From Dehalococcoidia bacterium (GTDB lineage Bacteria; Chloroflexota; Dehalococcoidia; Lucifugimonadales; Australimonadaceae), in assembly GCA_965242755.1 (NCBI GenBank), contig OZ251500.1, positions 3,055,415 to 3,119,414 on the forward strand: a stretch of 64,000 nt of DNA. Direction: 5' to 3'. The notes under the pieces are model-generated. The model searched no databases. It had not been told where the DNA came from and saw nothing but the letters and a program-made list of their open reading frames with translations. Shown piece after piece: positions 19,036 to 28,940 of this stretch. Made by a program: the position numbers and the translations under genes. Position 1 is the stretch's first letter; each line of letters starts with the position of its first letter.

Positions 19036-22000
19036 CTAGGAAGCCCCCTCTGCGTTGACGCGGTAGATCGTAACCTCTCCCTCTTGGAAAACGGCGCCGC
19101 CGAGCGCGGCGAACTTGGCCTCGCCCGCGCTCCCGTACACGGCGCGCTCGCGCGGGCCGACGACAACGTAGTCTACGCCCCGCGCGCCCAGCAACGCGGC
19201 TGCGTCTGCGGCGTCTTGCGTCTCGTAGATGCGGCTCACGTCGCTCTGCAGCCCGGCGAAGTCAACGCTCCCCGCGCTCCGCCATTGCCGCTCGTGCCCC
19301 TCCCAGCCCAGGAGCGTCGGGCGTCCGGTGGCGGAGGCGATCCGCGCGAGTTCGGGGCGCCAGTCGTTGCAAACGCTGTCCCCGCAAGGGACGCGCGCCG
19401 CCTCGAGGATCACCGCGTCGCGCGCCGTGTTCTCCCGCGCCCAGCGGACGGCGGCGTAGTCGTCGGGCGACTGCTCCTGAAGGTAGGCGAGGCCGTCGAG
19501 CGTGAAGCGCGGCTGCTCCCCGACGCGCGTCGCGATCCCCGCCGCCGGATAGTAGAGGGCGGCCCCGAAAAGCGCCGCCAGCGCGACTCCCCACGCGGTC
19601 AATCCGATGCGCCCAGGCCCCGCGCTCCTGTCCCACCGGACGGTGACGAACCAGAGCGCGAATCCGCCCACGACGGCCAGCAGCAGCCAAGCCTGGTAGG
19701 AGAGTTTAAAGACGGTGTTCATCCGGCGCAGCGCTCCGCCGAAGATGTCCACGACGTGGAACAGTTCGGCGCCCATCACGAGCCCGGCGGCGGCGGCGAG
19801 CAGCAGCAGCGCGGGCGCCGCGCCGTTCCATTGCGGCGCGCGCTCCCGATCCACGGCGACCCGCATCGCCTCGCTGTCGCGGTGCGCGAGCGTCCACGCT
19901 CCGTAGAGCGCAAGCCCGACGACGAACGCCAGCGGAATGACGGGAAGCAATCGGTCGACGGCGAGCAACTCGCCGGTGTCCCCACGCTCCGCGCTCACGA
20001 TGCCGTGCCACACGGCTCCGCCGACGATGAAGACGCTGCCGGCGATCAATGTGAGGCGCGGATTGAACGTGAAGAGAGCCTCGTCGGCGCGGGGCTGATA
20101 GAACCCCATTTGGTGAAAGGCGAACAGCGCCGCCGCCGCCGTGATGAGCGGAACGCCGTAGACCGGCTGCAGCCACAGCAAAACCGGCGTGAACGCCGCG
20201 AGCAGCGCGATGCTAAATCGCAGAAGGCTCCAGTTGCCGCGCCGGAGCGTTTGCCGCATCGCCGCCGCGAAGAACGGCGCCGCCAGGCAACCCAGAACGC
20301 CCCAAACGAGCACGAGGTGAACGGGGCGCGTCCGCTCCTCCTGCAGCGGCTGAATGCCCTGCGCCAGGCTGTCGAATCCCAGCAGGAACGGCGCGGCGGC
20401 GAGCACGCATCCGGCCGTCAGCAGCGCGGCGGTCGCGGCGGCGCGGCTCAAGCGCCGCCGACCCGTGATCTTGGCCTCCCGCGTCCACGTCTCCAGCGCG
20501 CGGCTGAAGGAGTAGACGCCCCCCTGCCCCCCGCCCGGCGCGCCGAGCGCCACCGTGTCCCCCTGGATGGCGACCGCTCCGCCGAGCGCGGTGTCGATGC
20601 TCGTGTCCTCCGCCGTGAGTTCCGCCTGAAACTCCCAGCCGCGCGGCGTCTCCGCGAACACGAACGCCGCCCCCGCGTTCGGCGCCGGCCCGTTGCTCCC
20701 CGGCGCCCCGGCGACCAAGTAGTACCCGTCGAAGTCCAACGCCGAGCCGAAAGAGGGGAACGCCGACGGGTTCGGGCTCTCCAGCCGCGCGCGCTGCGTC
20801 CAACCCGACGCCCGCTCGTGGAAGATCGTGACGGCGCCGTCGCCGCTCATCGCCAGCCGCCCGCTGTCGAGCGCGACGCTCCGCCCGTAGGCGTGCGGGT
20901 CCGGGGACGGCGGACGCAGCGTGGCCGCGCGCTCCCACTCCCCGCCGGCGCGCCGGTACACGTCCACCGCCCAGCCGTCCGCGCTCAGCACCCCCGCCGC
21001 CAGCGTGTTGCCCTCTATCGCCACCTGCGTGACGAGCCCGTCGTCCGTCGAGGGGTAGAGCGTCGCGCGCCGCGTCCAGTCCTTTCCGTCGATCCGGAAG
21101 ACGTGCACGGCCTCGAGCGACGCGACCGCGACCGCCTCCCCGCTCATCGCGACGGAGTGCCCGAATCCGGAGACGGGGTGATCGTCCGGCGGCCTGATCG
21201 TCGTGAGCAGCCCCCACGTCTCGCCCGCCGGGCCGTAGAGCAGCGCCGCGCCGGAGCCGCTCGCCCGCGGCGCGCCGATGACGGCCATCTCGCCCTGCGC
21301 CGCGATGGACGCGCCGAAGTCGGACTCCGCGCCGAGCCCCCCGGCTTCGATCTTGCGCTCGCGCCGCCACTTCCCATCCTCCCTCGCGTAGAGCCACGCC
21401 GCCGGCGCCTCGTTCTCCGTGTGCTCCCCAACGGATTCGCCCGCGATGAGGAACCGCGCGTTGAAAGCGAGCGCGCGCCCGAACTGCATCCGCCGCTCGT
21501 TCCGCGCCGCGTTGAGCAGCGTCGCGCCCCCGACGAGCGCGAGCCCCAGCGGCAAGTCCCACAGATTCACCGCCGCCGACCCACCGACCGCGATGAGCGT
21601 CACGAGAATGAGCGCGGCGTGCCGGCGCGCCGCGTTCGGCTGAACGAGCCGCGGCTGCAGGTACAACTGCACGGCGATCCCGACGATGAGCAGGACGAAG
21701 CCGATGGACATCACGTGCGGGTGCATATCCCCCAGCAGGAAACTGAAGGCGGGGAACTCCGTGATGGCGTTCGGAATGGCGCGGGACGCCCGCCACCACC
21801 ACCAGACGTCGTCGGGGCGCCACAGAGCGGACGCGCCCGCCTCCGCATACCACTCCTCGTTCGGCGTGACCCACGCCCAGAACCCGGGCGAGCCCGCGTT
21901 GGACGCCCACGCCAACTCCAATACGCCGAGCGCGTTGCCCGCGAGCAGCAGAAGGAACGCGGAGCCCATTCCCGCAAGCGCCCCCGCCGCCGCCGTCCCC

Positions 22001-22620
22001 CGCGACAGCCGGACGAGATTGAACGTCACGCCGAACGCCGCGATTGCCGCGACCGCCGCGTAGGAGGCGAGGCCCAGGTTGTAGGCGACCGACGACGCGA
22101 CGCCCGTGAGCATCGTCAGCGCGCCGATCAGGAGATAGCCGAGGTAGTAGTAGGAAACGCTCTCGCCCGCGAGCCATGGATCGTTCGGCGGATACGACGG
22201 GCTTGCGATGACGGAGTTGAGAAACATCAAGTCCATAGATTGTTCGGTGTGCACAATATCGGGCGTCGTTGCGCGGAGCAGCGCAGCGCCGACGAACACG
22301 CCGGCGAACACGGCCTCTACGATGAGCGCCAGGCGGAGATTGCCGCGAATGAACTGCGTTATCTCCTCCCTGCGGCGGCGGACGGCCAGCAGCGAAACGG
22401 CGGCCACGACCGCCAGCGCGAGCAGCGCGGAGAATCGGGAGTTGGGAATGATCTGCGTGAGGCCGATCAGCCAAACGAAAAAGCCGACCGACAGCAGCCC
22501 GAGCGGCTTGGCGAAGGCGTAGCCCCGGTCGGGCATTCGGGAGAACGCGCGCCAAGAGAGCGGGAACGCCGCGAAAGCGAAAACCTGCAGCGCGAGATAC
22601 CAAAGCAGCGCGTCAAGCAT
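19036..22620 (-). CDS. DUF2298 (Chlor_Arch_YYY) membrane protein with inserted FG-GAP beta-propeller
   Basis: EQSMD, PPNDPWLAG..SYYYLG, ITEFPAFSFLLGDMHPH, RMNTVFK and GWEGHERQWR, plus seven FG-GAP-like repeats in the middle. Confidence 0.85.
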   Translation of the reverse strand: MLDALLWYLALQVFAFAAFPLSWRAFSRMPDRGYAFAKPLGLLSVGFFVWLIGLTQIIPNSRFSALLALAVVAAVSLLAVRRRREEITQFIRGNLRLALIVEAVFAGVFVGAALLRATTPDIVHTEQSMDLMFLNSVIASPSYPPNDPWLAGESVSYYYLGYLLIGALTMLTGVASSVAYNLGLASYAAVAAIAAFGVTFNLVRLSRGTAAAGALAGMGSAFLLLLAGNALGVLELAWASNAGSPGFWAWVTPNEEWYAEAGASALWRPDDVWWWWRASRAIPNAITEFPAFSFLLGDMHPHVMSIGFVLLIVGIAVQLYLQPRLVQPNAARRHAALILVTLIAVGGSAAVNLWDLPLGLALVGGATLLNAARNERRMQFGRALAFNARFLIAGESVGEHTENEAPAAWLYAREDGKWRRERKIEAGGLGAESDFGASIAAQGEMAVIGAPRASGSGAALLYGPAGETWGLLTTIRPPDDHPVSGFGHSVAMSGEAVAVASLEAVHVFRIDGKDWTRRATLYPSTDDGLVTQVAIEGNTLAAGVLSADGWAVDVYRRAGGEWERAATLRPPSPDPHAYGRSVALDSGRLAMSGDGAVTIFHERASGWTQRARLESPNPSAFPSFGSALDFDGYYLVAGAPGSNGPAPNAGAAFVFAETPRGWEFQAELTAEDTSIDTALGGAVAIQGDTVALGAPGGGQGGVYSFSRALETWTREAKITGRRRLSRAAATAALLTAGCVLAAAPFLLGFDSLAQGIQPLQEERTRPVHLVLVWGVLGCLAAPFFAAAMRQTLRRGNWSLLRFSIALLAAFTPVLLWLQPVYGVPLITAAAALFAFHQMGFYQPRADEALFTFNPRLTLIAGSVFIVGGAVWHGIVSAERGDTGELLAVDRLLPVIPLAFVVGLALYGAWTLAHRDSEAMRVAVDRERAPQWNGAAPALLLLAAAAGLVMGAELFHVVDIFGGALRRMNTVFKLSYQAWLLLAVVGGFALWFVTVRWDRSAGPGRIGLTAWGVALAALFGAALYYPAAGIATRVGEQPRFTLDGLAYLQEQSPDDYAAVRWARENTARDAVILEAARVPCGDSVCNDWRPELARIASATGRPTLLGWEGHERQWRSAGSVDFAGLQSDVSRIYETQDAADAAALLGARGVDYVVVGPRERAVYGSAGEAKFAALGGAVFQEGEVTIYRVNAEGAS

Positions 22621-23627
22621 CAGCGTCCGCCGGCCCGTTGCGGTTCGCGCGCCGTCCGGGGCTCAGGCGCCCCTCGGGGGTCAGGAGAAAACAGCGCGTC
22701 AACGAAATCGTCCGCGTCGAACAGCGCGAGGTCGTCCACGCCCTCGCCCGTCCCAATAAAGACGACGGGAGTCCGCAATTCCTGCGCGACCGCGACGGTC
22801 ACGCCGCCCTTCGCCGTTCCGTCCAGTTTAGCGAGAAACACGCCGTTGACGCCGACCGCCTCCTTGAATACTCGCGCCTGCTCCAGCCCGTTGCGCCCCG
22901 TGCAGGCGTCGATCACCAGGAGGGTTTGCTGCGGCGCGCCCGGAGCGCGGCTCTCGAAAACGCGCCGCACCTTCCGCAATTCGTCCATCAGCGGCGTTTT
23001 GGTGTGGAGCCTGCCCGCGGTGTCGAAAATGAGAACGTCGGCGCCGCGGGCGGACGCGGCCTCGTAGGCGTCGAACGCGACCGCGCCGGGATCCGCGCCG
23101 TGCTGATGCGCGACGACGTCCGCGCCGATCCGCTCGCCCCAAACCTTGATCTGCTCTATCGCGGCGGCCCGGAAGGTGTCGCCCGCCCCGATCAGCGCGG
23201 ACTTGCCCATTCGCCGATAGTGCGCGGCGAGTTTGGCGATGCTCGTGGTCTTCCCCGCCCCGTTCACGCCCACCACCATCAGAACGAACGGCTTGGCCGG
23301 CAAGTCGGGCTGGTCGTACCAATCCCAGAAGGACTTGTCTTCCGGATCGAGGAGAAAGGCCAACTCCTCCTTGAAGAGTTCGACGACCTCGTCCGGGGAG
23401 TCCGCGCCCTCCTCGCGGACGCGGCGGCGGACGGCGTTCACCGTCGCCAGCGACGTCTCGACGCCCACGTCGGCGGAGATGAGCGCCTCCTCCAAGCCTT
23501 CCCAGAGGCGCTCGTCGGAGAGGGATGCGTTCTGAAAGAGCGCGGCGAGGCCGCCCCCCCAGCCGGCGCGCGAGCGGGCTAGGGCGTTGGCGGTCTTGTC
23601 TTTGCGGCGGAGGAAGTTGAAAACCAT
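22620..23627 (-). CDS. ftsY: Signal recognition particle receptor FtsY
   Basis: GVNGAGKTT, DTFRAAA, DTAGRLH and KLDGTAKGG. Confidence 0.96.
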   Translation of the reverse strand: MVFNFLRRKDKTANALARSRAGWGGGLAALFQNASLSDERLWEGLEEALISADVGVETSLATVNAVRRRVREEGADSPDEVVELFKEELAFLLDPEDKSFWDWYDQPDLPAKPFVLMVVGVNGAGKTTSIAKLAAHYRRMGKSALIGAGDTFRAAAIEQIKVWGERIGADVVAHQHGADPGAVAFDAYEAASARGADVLIFDTAGRLHTKTPLMDELRKVRRVFESRAPGAPQQTLLVIDACTGRNGLEQARVFKEAVGVNGVFLAKLDGTAKGGVTVAVAQELRTPVVFIGTGEGVDDLALFDADDFVDALFSPDPRGAPEPRTAREPQRAGGR

Positions 23628-23878
23628 CGGCGCGGCGCGCTCCGCTCAAGCCTGCCGTTCCTGGGTCGGCGGCTGCGCCGAGCGCGTTCCGCATAGTATC
23701 AATGCGGCGCGCCGCATACAAGGGGCTGTACTCGTTCCATACCTATGAGACAGCGTGGGATTAGGCGGCCATCCTCAAGCGATGCTCCGCAAGATGCTCC
23801 ATCGGACTCAACAGCGAAAGCGGAACCTACCGCTCCCGCGCGCGGAACCGCCCTCATCCCCCGGGCCCTCTCCCAGAG

Positions 23879-24135
23879 GAGACCTTTGCCTAACCTACCG
23901 CCTTGACCGCGTAGGCGGGAATCCATGCGGCGCGCAAGCGCCAAGACGGGACAACGCGCCCCGTCCCCAAACCAACCCACCGCCTAACCGTGCTCACCCG
24001 CACACCCTCGGCGTTTGGAGACGGGCGCGCTGCGCCCGCTCAGGGCGCTATCGCGCCGACTGGATTCCCGCCTACGCGGGAATGACGGTCATGGGGTAGG
24101 AATGACGGCGCAGGGCGGTCGGTTATGCAAGGCTC
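23879..24135. mobile_element. MITE-like element with IS5-like ends and internal REP hairpins
   Basis: Left end GAGACCTTTGCCTAACC, right end GGTTATGCAAGGCTC, with internal ATTCCCGCCTACGCGGGAAT-type hairpins. Non-coding. Confidence 0.55.
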
Positions 24136-24183
24136 CCAACAGCATGGCCGGCTCTCCTGCGAACGCCGGCCAACCCGCGACGC

Positions 24184-25443
24184 TCAGGCCTGACTGAGGC
24201 GCGCCGCGTCTTCCGCCTGCGCGAGGGGGATTTCCCTCTGCTCGCCGGCGGCCATATCGCGGTAGGCGACGACTCCGCGCTCGAGTTCGGCGCCGCCGAG
24301 GATGAATACTCCCCTGGCGCCGACGGCGGAGGCGTAGCGCAGTTGCCCCTTGAGGCTGCGCTCCGGCGCGACGATGACGGGGGCGCCGCCGGCGGCGCGG
24401 AGGCGCGCGGCCAGGCGCGCGGCCTCGATCTTCGCCTTCGCGCCCCGATAAGCGGCGACGAGCGGCGCGGGCGCGGCGTCCGGCGGGTCGGCTCCCCGCT
24501 CGCGCATATTGAGAATGAGGCGCTCGATCCCGGCGGCGAAGCCGATGCCGGGCGTGGGGCGTCCGCCGAGTTGCGCGATGAGGCCGTCGTAGCGCCCGCC
24601 GGCGCAGACGGCGCTCTGCGCGCCCTCCCGCGCGGGATGGACTTCAAAGACGGTGCGCGCGTAGTAGTCGAGCCCGCGCGCGAGCGTGGGATCGATCCGG
24701 TAGGGGACGCCGAGCGCGTCGAGGGAGCCGAGCAGTTCGTCCCAGTGGGCGCGGGCGGCGTCGCCGAGGAAGTCCACGCTGCGGGGCGCGTCCGCCATGA
24801 ACGCCTCGCCGGCGAGTTCTTTGGAATCGAGCAGACGCAGCGGGTTCGTCTCGAAGCGGCGGCGGTCGTCCTCGCCGAGATGCGCGAGGTGGGGACGGAA
24901 ATGCTCGCGGAGGGCGTCGGCGTACTTCGGACGGTCTTCCGCGTCGCCGATGCTGTTGAGCGCGAGCGTCATTCCGCCGAGTCCGAGCCGCTCCATGCTC
25001 GCCGCCGCTAGTTGCAGGATCTCCAGGTCGACCGCCGCGTCGGGGTCGCCGATCGCCTCGACGCCGAACTGATGGAATTGGCGGAATCGCCCCGCCTGCG
25101 GGCGGTCGTAGCGGAACATCGGGCAGAGGTAGTAGAGGCGGACGGGGAGCGGGCGGTTTTGCATGCCGTGCTCGAGGTAGGCGCGGCAGACCGCCGCCGT
25201 TCCCTCCGGGCGGAGCGTGACCTCCTGCCCGCCTCTGTCGAGGAACGAGTACATCTCCTTTTGGACGACGTCGGTTTCCTCGCCGACGGCGCGGACGAAG
25301 AGGGCGGCGTCCTCGAAGATGGGCGTGTCGATGCGGGCGTAGCCGAACGATTGGGCGGCTTCGGCGAGGGCGTTGCGGGCGAACTCCCAGAATGGCTGCT
25401 GCTCCGGCAGAATGTCCGCCGTTCCGCGGGGCGCTCGATGCAT
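24184..25443 (-). CDS. hisS: Histidine--tRNA ligase
   Basis: PRGTAD, LRPEGTA, FRYDRPQAGR, RGLDYY and GGRYDGL. Confidence 0.97.
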   Translation of the reverse strand: MHRAPRGTADILPEQQPFWEFARNALAEAAQSFGYARIDTPIFEDAALFVRAVGEETDVVQKEMYSFLDRGGQEVTLRPEGTAAVCRAYLEHGMQNRPLPVRLYYLCPMFRYDRPQAGRFRQFHQFGVEAIGDPDAAVDLEILQLAAASMERLGLGGMTLALNSIGDAEDRPKYADALREHFRPHLAHLGEDDRRRFETNPLRLLDSKELAGEAFMADAPRSVDFLGDAARAHWDELLGSLDALGVPYRIDPTLARGLDYYARTVFEVHPAREGAQSAVCAGGRYDGLIAQLGGRPTPGIGFAAGIERLILNMRERGADPPDAAPAPLVAAYRGAKAKIEAARLAARLRAAGGAPVIVAPERSLKGQLRYASAVGARGVFILGGAELERGVVAYRDMAAGEQREIPLAQAEDAARLSQA

Positions 25444-25538
25444 AACTCTCCTCTAGCGGCGCCGCCGCGTTCCCGGCGAACGGGGGCTTGCGCGCCTACC
25501 TCATGGATCCCCGGATCCCCGGATCCCCAGCCCCGCCG

Positions 25539-27236
25539 TCACCCCGCGGCGACGGCCGGGCGGCTGCGGAGCGCGCGACCGGGGTACGCCCCCGTGTGCT
25601 CGCCGTCCTCCAGCAGAACCTCGCCGTTGACGATGGTGTAGTCCACGCCGACCGCGCGCTGCCGCAGGCGCGTCAGCCCGCCGGGGAGGTCGTCCACCTC
25701 GTCCGGCTCCTCCGCCCCCACCGTCGCCGGATCGAAAACGACGACGTCGGCGGCGTAGCCGGGGCGCAGCAGCCCCCGGTCATGCAGCCCAAAGAGCGAC
25801 GCCTGCATAAAGGAGAGTTTGCGGACGGCCTCCTCGAGCGACAGAGCCCCCTCGTCCCGCGCCCAGCGCCCCAAAACGAGCGTGCTGTAGCCGTAGCCCG
25901 CCTCGAACACGACGTGCGCGCCCGCGTCCGACAGCCCGATGACGGTGTGCGGGCTCGCGATGAGCCGCCCCATCACCCCGCCGTCCGCTCCCGACTGGCT
26001 GTTCTGCAGGCCGGTGCCGAGGTCTTCGTCCAGCACGAGATCGAGGAAGCCGTCGAGCGTCTCCTTGCTCTGCGACTCGGCCATCTGGGCGACGCTCATT
26101 CCTTTGTAGGCGGCGTTGCGCTCCTTGAGCGTGCGCGTGATGAAGATGCGCTCCCAGTTGATCGGCAGCGCGCCGGTGGGCAGATTGCGCCCCTCGACAG
26201 CCTCCTCGCGCAGCCGGACGCGGACGGCGGGGTCGCGGAACGCCGCCGCCTTCTCCTCGACGGAGCCCAGCATCACCTCGCGCCACGTCGGAAGGCGGTC
26301 GAACACCTGCGCGTTCCGCATCGTGAAGCGCTGCGCCGACGGGCGCGGATTGACGACCGGGTACACCTGCCGCCCCTCCGCGACGCCGCGCTCCACGATC
26401 TCCATATGCGTCCGCCAGCGGTCGGGCTCGCTCGCGTTGTGGACGATCTGGTTGTAGACGACCGGACGCTGCGAGCGCTCCCCCAGTTTCGTGGCGAAGC
26501 CGTCGCGGATTTCGAGCGGGTAGGCCGCGCCGCACTGCACCACACCCGCCCCGACCTCGCGCAGCGCCCCCGCCAATTCGTAGAGTTCGTCAACCGGCGG
26601 CACGATCCCCGGTATCGGGCGCCCCAGCAAGTCCATGTGCCCGCTGTTGCGGTTGAACGACACCCCAAGCGCGCCCTCGCGCACGGAGTCGCGGACGAGC
26701 CGCTTCATCTCGTCCATCTCCTCGGGCGTCGCCTCGGCGCGCTGATGAGCGTCGTCCCCCATCGCCCAGCGGCGGACCGCGGAGTGCCCGACGAGCGCGC
26801 CCGCGTTCACGCCGAGCCGCTGGTCGAGGCGGTCGAGATACTCGCCGAACGTCGTCCACCCCCACGGAATGCCCGCCTGCAGGCTCTCCATCGGGATCGC
26901 CTCGACGCGGGAGAGCATCATCGCCAGCGCGTCGTGGTCGTCCGGCTTCACCGGCGCGAGCGTGAGGGAGCAGTTGCCGAAGATGACGGACGTCACACCG
27001 TGCTGCGGCGAGAACGTGCAGAGGGGGTCCCACGTCGCCTGGGCGTCGAAGTGGCAGTGGTTGTCGATGAAGCCCGGGGCGACGACGCGCTCCTCGGCGT
27101 TGATCTCGCGTCGCGCCGGGCCGGAGAGGCGCCCGACGTCCGCCACGCGCCCGTCCACCACGCCGACGTCGGCGTTGAACGACGGCATCCCCGATCCGTC
27201 GGCCACTCGTCCGTTTTTGATCAGCAGGTCGTACAT
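25539..27236 (-). CDS. N-acyl-D-amino-acid deacylase-like amidohydrolase
   Basis: MYDLLIKNG, PGFIDNHCHFD, GNCS, SDAGAH and DRGLLRPGYAADVVVFDP. Confidence 0.88.
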   Translation of the reverse strand: MYDLLIKNGRVADGSGMPSFNADVGVVDGRVADVGRLSGPARREINAEERVVAPGFIDNHCHFDAQATWDPLCTFSPQHGVTSVIFGNCSLTLAPVKPDDHDALAMMLSRVEAIPMESLQAGIPWGWTTFGEYLDRLDQRLGVNAGALVGHSAVRRWAMGDDAHQRAEATPEEMDEMKRLVRDSVREGALGVSFNRNSGHMDLLGRPIPGIVPPVDELYELAGALREVGAGVVQCGAAYPLEIRDGFATKLGERSQRPVVYNQIVHNASEPDRWRTHMEIVERGVAEGRQVYPVVNPRPSAQRFTMRNAQVFDRLPTWREVMLGSVEEKAAAFRDPAVRVRLREEAVEGRNLPTGALPINWERIFITRTLKERNAAYKGMSVAQMAESQSKETLDGFLDLVLDEDLGTGLQNSQSGADGGVMGRLIASPHTVIGLSDAGAHVVFEAGYGYSTLVLGRWARDEGALSLEEAVRKLSFMQASLFGLHDRGLLRPGYAADVVVFDPATVGAEEPDEVDDLPGGLTRLRQRAVGVDYTIVNGEVLLEDGEHTGAYPGRALRSRPAVAAG

Positions 27237-27384
27237 CGCGCGCTCCTTCCCTAAAACGTCCCTGACGCCGTCCGCCGATAGTCCGCGACCGTCCGGCCGC
27301 AAGCCTACGCCGATAGGGGCGTGGGCGCAACCGCTTGGCGGCTTCGCGCCTACCGAGATTCCCAGCCTACCGCTCTGCCAGCGT

Positions 27385-27620
27385 AGGCGGGAACCTACCC
27401 CACGACCGTCATTCCCGCGTAGGCGGGAATCCAGTCGGCGCGATAGCGCCACGACGGGGCGCAACGCGCCCCGTCCCCAAGCCATCCCGGGGCCCCGTCA
27501 TTCCCGCGAAAGCGGGAACCTACTGGGGCTGCCGCCCTGCCCGCGCAAGCGCGAATCCACCCGGCGCGAAGCGCCGCCCCCGCCCTCTCCCAGAAGGAGA
27601 GGGCAGCCGCGTAGCGGTGC
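27385..27620. repeat. REP-like hairpin mosaic
   Basis: GTCATTCCCGCGTAGGCGGGAATCCAGTCGGCGCGATAGCGCCA module plus CCCTCTCCC..GAGAGGGCAGCCGCG. Confidence 0.8.
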
Positions 27621-27636
27621 GCGCGGGTCGCCCCAA

Positions 27637-27690
27637 TGTCGCAACTGCGACACATGCCCCTTGCGCGCCCCCCAACCACGCCCCTACGAT
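27637..27690 (+). promoter_or_regulatory. Palindromic operator plus sigma70-like promoter of the HTH gene
   Basis: Perfect inverted repeat TGTCGCA-AC-TGCGACA (27637-27652), followed by TTGCGC-N18-TACGAT. Confidence 0.5.
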
Positions 27691-27759
27691 GGACCCATCA
27701 CGCCCCAAATCCCAACGAGGGCGCGCAACCGACGCGAACGGAGAGGAACGCAAGGCCAA

Positions 27760-27838
27760 TGTCTCAAATTGTCTCAAATTGTCTCATTTTGTCTCATTCC
27801 TGTCTCAAAACGTCTCATTAGCGTCTCAAACCGTCTCG
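27760..27838 (+). repeat. Eight helically phased GTCTC(A) direct repeats
   Basis: GTCTC starts at 27761, 27771, 27781, 27791, 27802, 27812, 27823 and 27833. Confidence 0.9.
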
Positions 27839-27886
27839 CGCCGAAACGCCCAAAAACAAGGCCAACACGGAAAAAGGAGGCAGCCA

Positions 27887-28324
27887 ATGACCCAAAATGA
27901 GACATCCCCCGGGGTCGACGACGACCGCGCCCCCCTCGCCCGCGGCGAGGCGCGCGAACTCACCGACCGCCAACTCCTCGCCCTCCCCTTCATCGCCGCA
28001 TCCTCCACCCAAACCGAAGCCGCCGAAGCCGCCGAGATCAGCCGCGCCACCCTCGCCCGCTGGCGCCACAACCCCAGATTCAAAGACGAACTCCGCCGCA
28101 CCCGCGAAGACGCCGCCAAACTCGCCCACGCCGAACTCGACGGCCTCGCCCTCAAAAGCGTCTCCGCCCTCGCCAACCTCATGGACGACCCCAACCCCCG
28201 CGTCAGAGCCCAAGCCATCCGAACCGCCCTCGACATATCCCTCAAAGTCCAAGAGCAAACCCGCATCCGCCGCAACCTCCGCCAACTCGAAAACGCCTTC
28301 AACCACCTCAAAAACCAAAAGTAG
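27887..28324 (+). CDS. HTH protein, phBC6A51/terminase-small-subunit-like homeodomain family
   Basis: AAGGAGG RBS; LTDRQLLAL...TQTEAAEAAEISRATLARWRHNPRF HTH; then KSVSALANLMD..PRVRAQA helical segment and a coiled-coil tail. Confidence 0.75.
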   Translation: MTQNETSPGVDDDRAPLARGEARELTDRQLLALPFIAASSTQTEAAEAAEISRATLARWRHNPRFKDELRRTREDAAKLAHAELDGLALKSVSALANLMDDPNPRVRAQAIRTALDISLKVQEQTRIRRNLRQLENAFNHLKNQK

Positions 28325-28352
28325 CCCCAGCAAGGAGCCCAACCCCATGAAC

Positions 28353-28612
28353 CGTCATTCCCGCGTAGGCGGGAATCCAGTCGGCGCGATAGCGCCAAGA
28401 CGGGGCGCCCCGCGCCCCGTCCCCAGCCCTCAAGCGCCCTCGGCCTCACCGCGTAGGCGGAACCCAACCCGGCCCCCCCGGACCCCCGGACCGTCATTCC
28501 CGCGCAAGCGGGAATCCAGTCGGCGCGATAGCGCCAAGACGGGGCGCCCCGCGCCCCGTCCCCATGACCCCTAAACGCCCACGTCATTCCCGCGAAAGCG
28601 GGAACCTACTGG
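28353..28612. repeat. Tandem REP modules (~70-bp three-hairpin unit)
   Basis: Near-identical units at about 28353-28423 and 28492-28564, with related copies at 27408 and 28963. Confidence 0.85.
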
Positions 28613-28664
28613 GAATCTACCGGGAACACCCCACAGCAACCGAAGAACAGGAGGCCCCACGACA

Positions 28665-28940
28665 ATGCAAACCCAAATCCGCTCCCTCGAACGCCAACTC
28701 GCCTGCCAACTCGCCCAAGTCAAACTCGAACCCCTCGTCGAAGACTTCGTCGACCGCTGGATGGACGCCAACGAACTCGGCCAACCCCGCCCAGACATGC
28801 TCGAACTCGTCCAAGCCTCATCGAAGCCATCGTCCACGGCTTCGCCCAAGTCCGCGGCGGCGACGACTGCAAAACCTGCAAGTGCCCCGCCCGCAAACTC
28901 CTCGGCGGCTACTCCGACTACATGCGCGACTTCCTCTAAG
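28665..28940 (+). pseudogene. Frameshifted duplicate of the 29313-29684 gene
   Basis: Near-identical DNA lacking 97 bp (equivalent to 29466-29562) deleted between GCC microhomologies. Confidence 0.85.

Noticed and set aside
18958-23067. 1369-aa plus-strand ORF and similar long Arg/Ala/Pro-rich ORFs (e.g. 4809-6455, 15540-17540, 47894-49534, 61975-63648)
   Set aside because: These are antisense or frame shadows of well-supported genes, expected in high-GC DNA, and carry no motifs.
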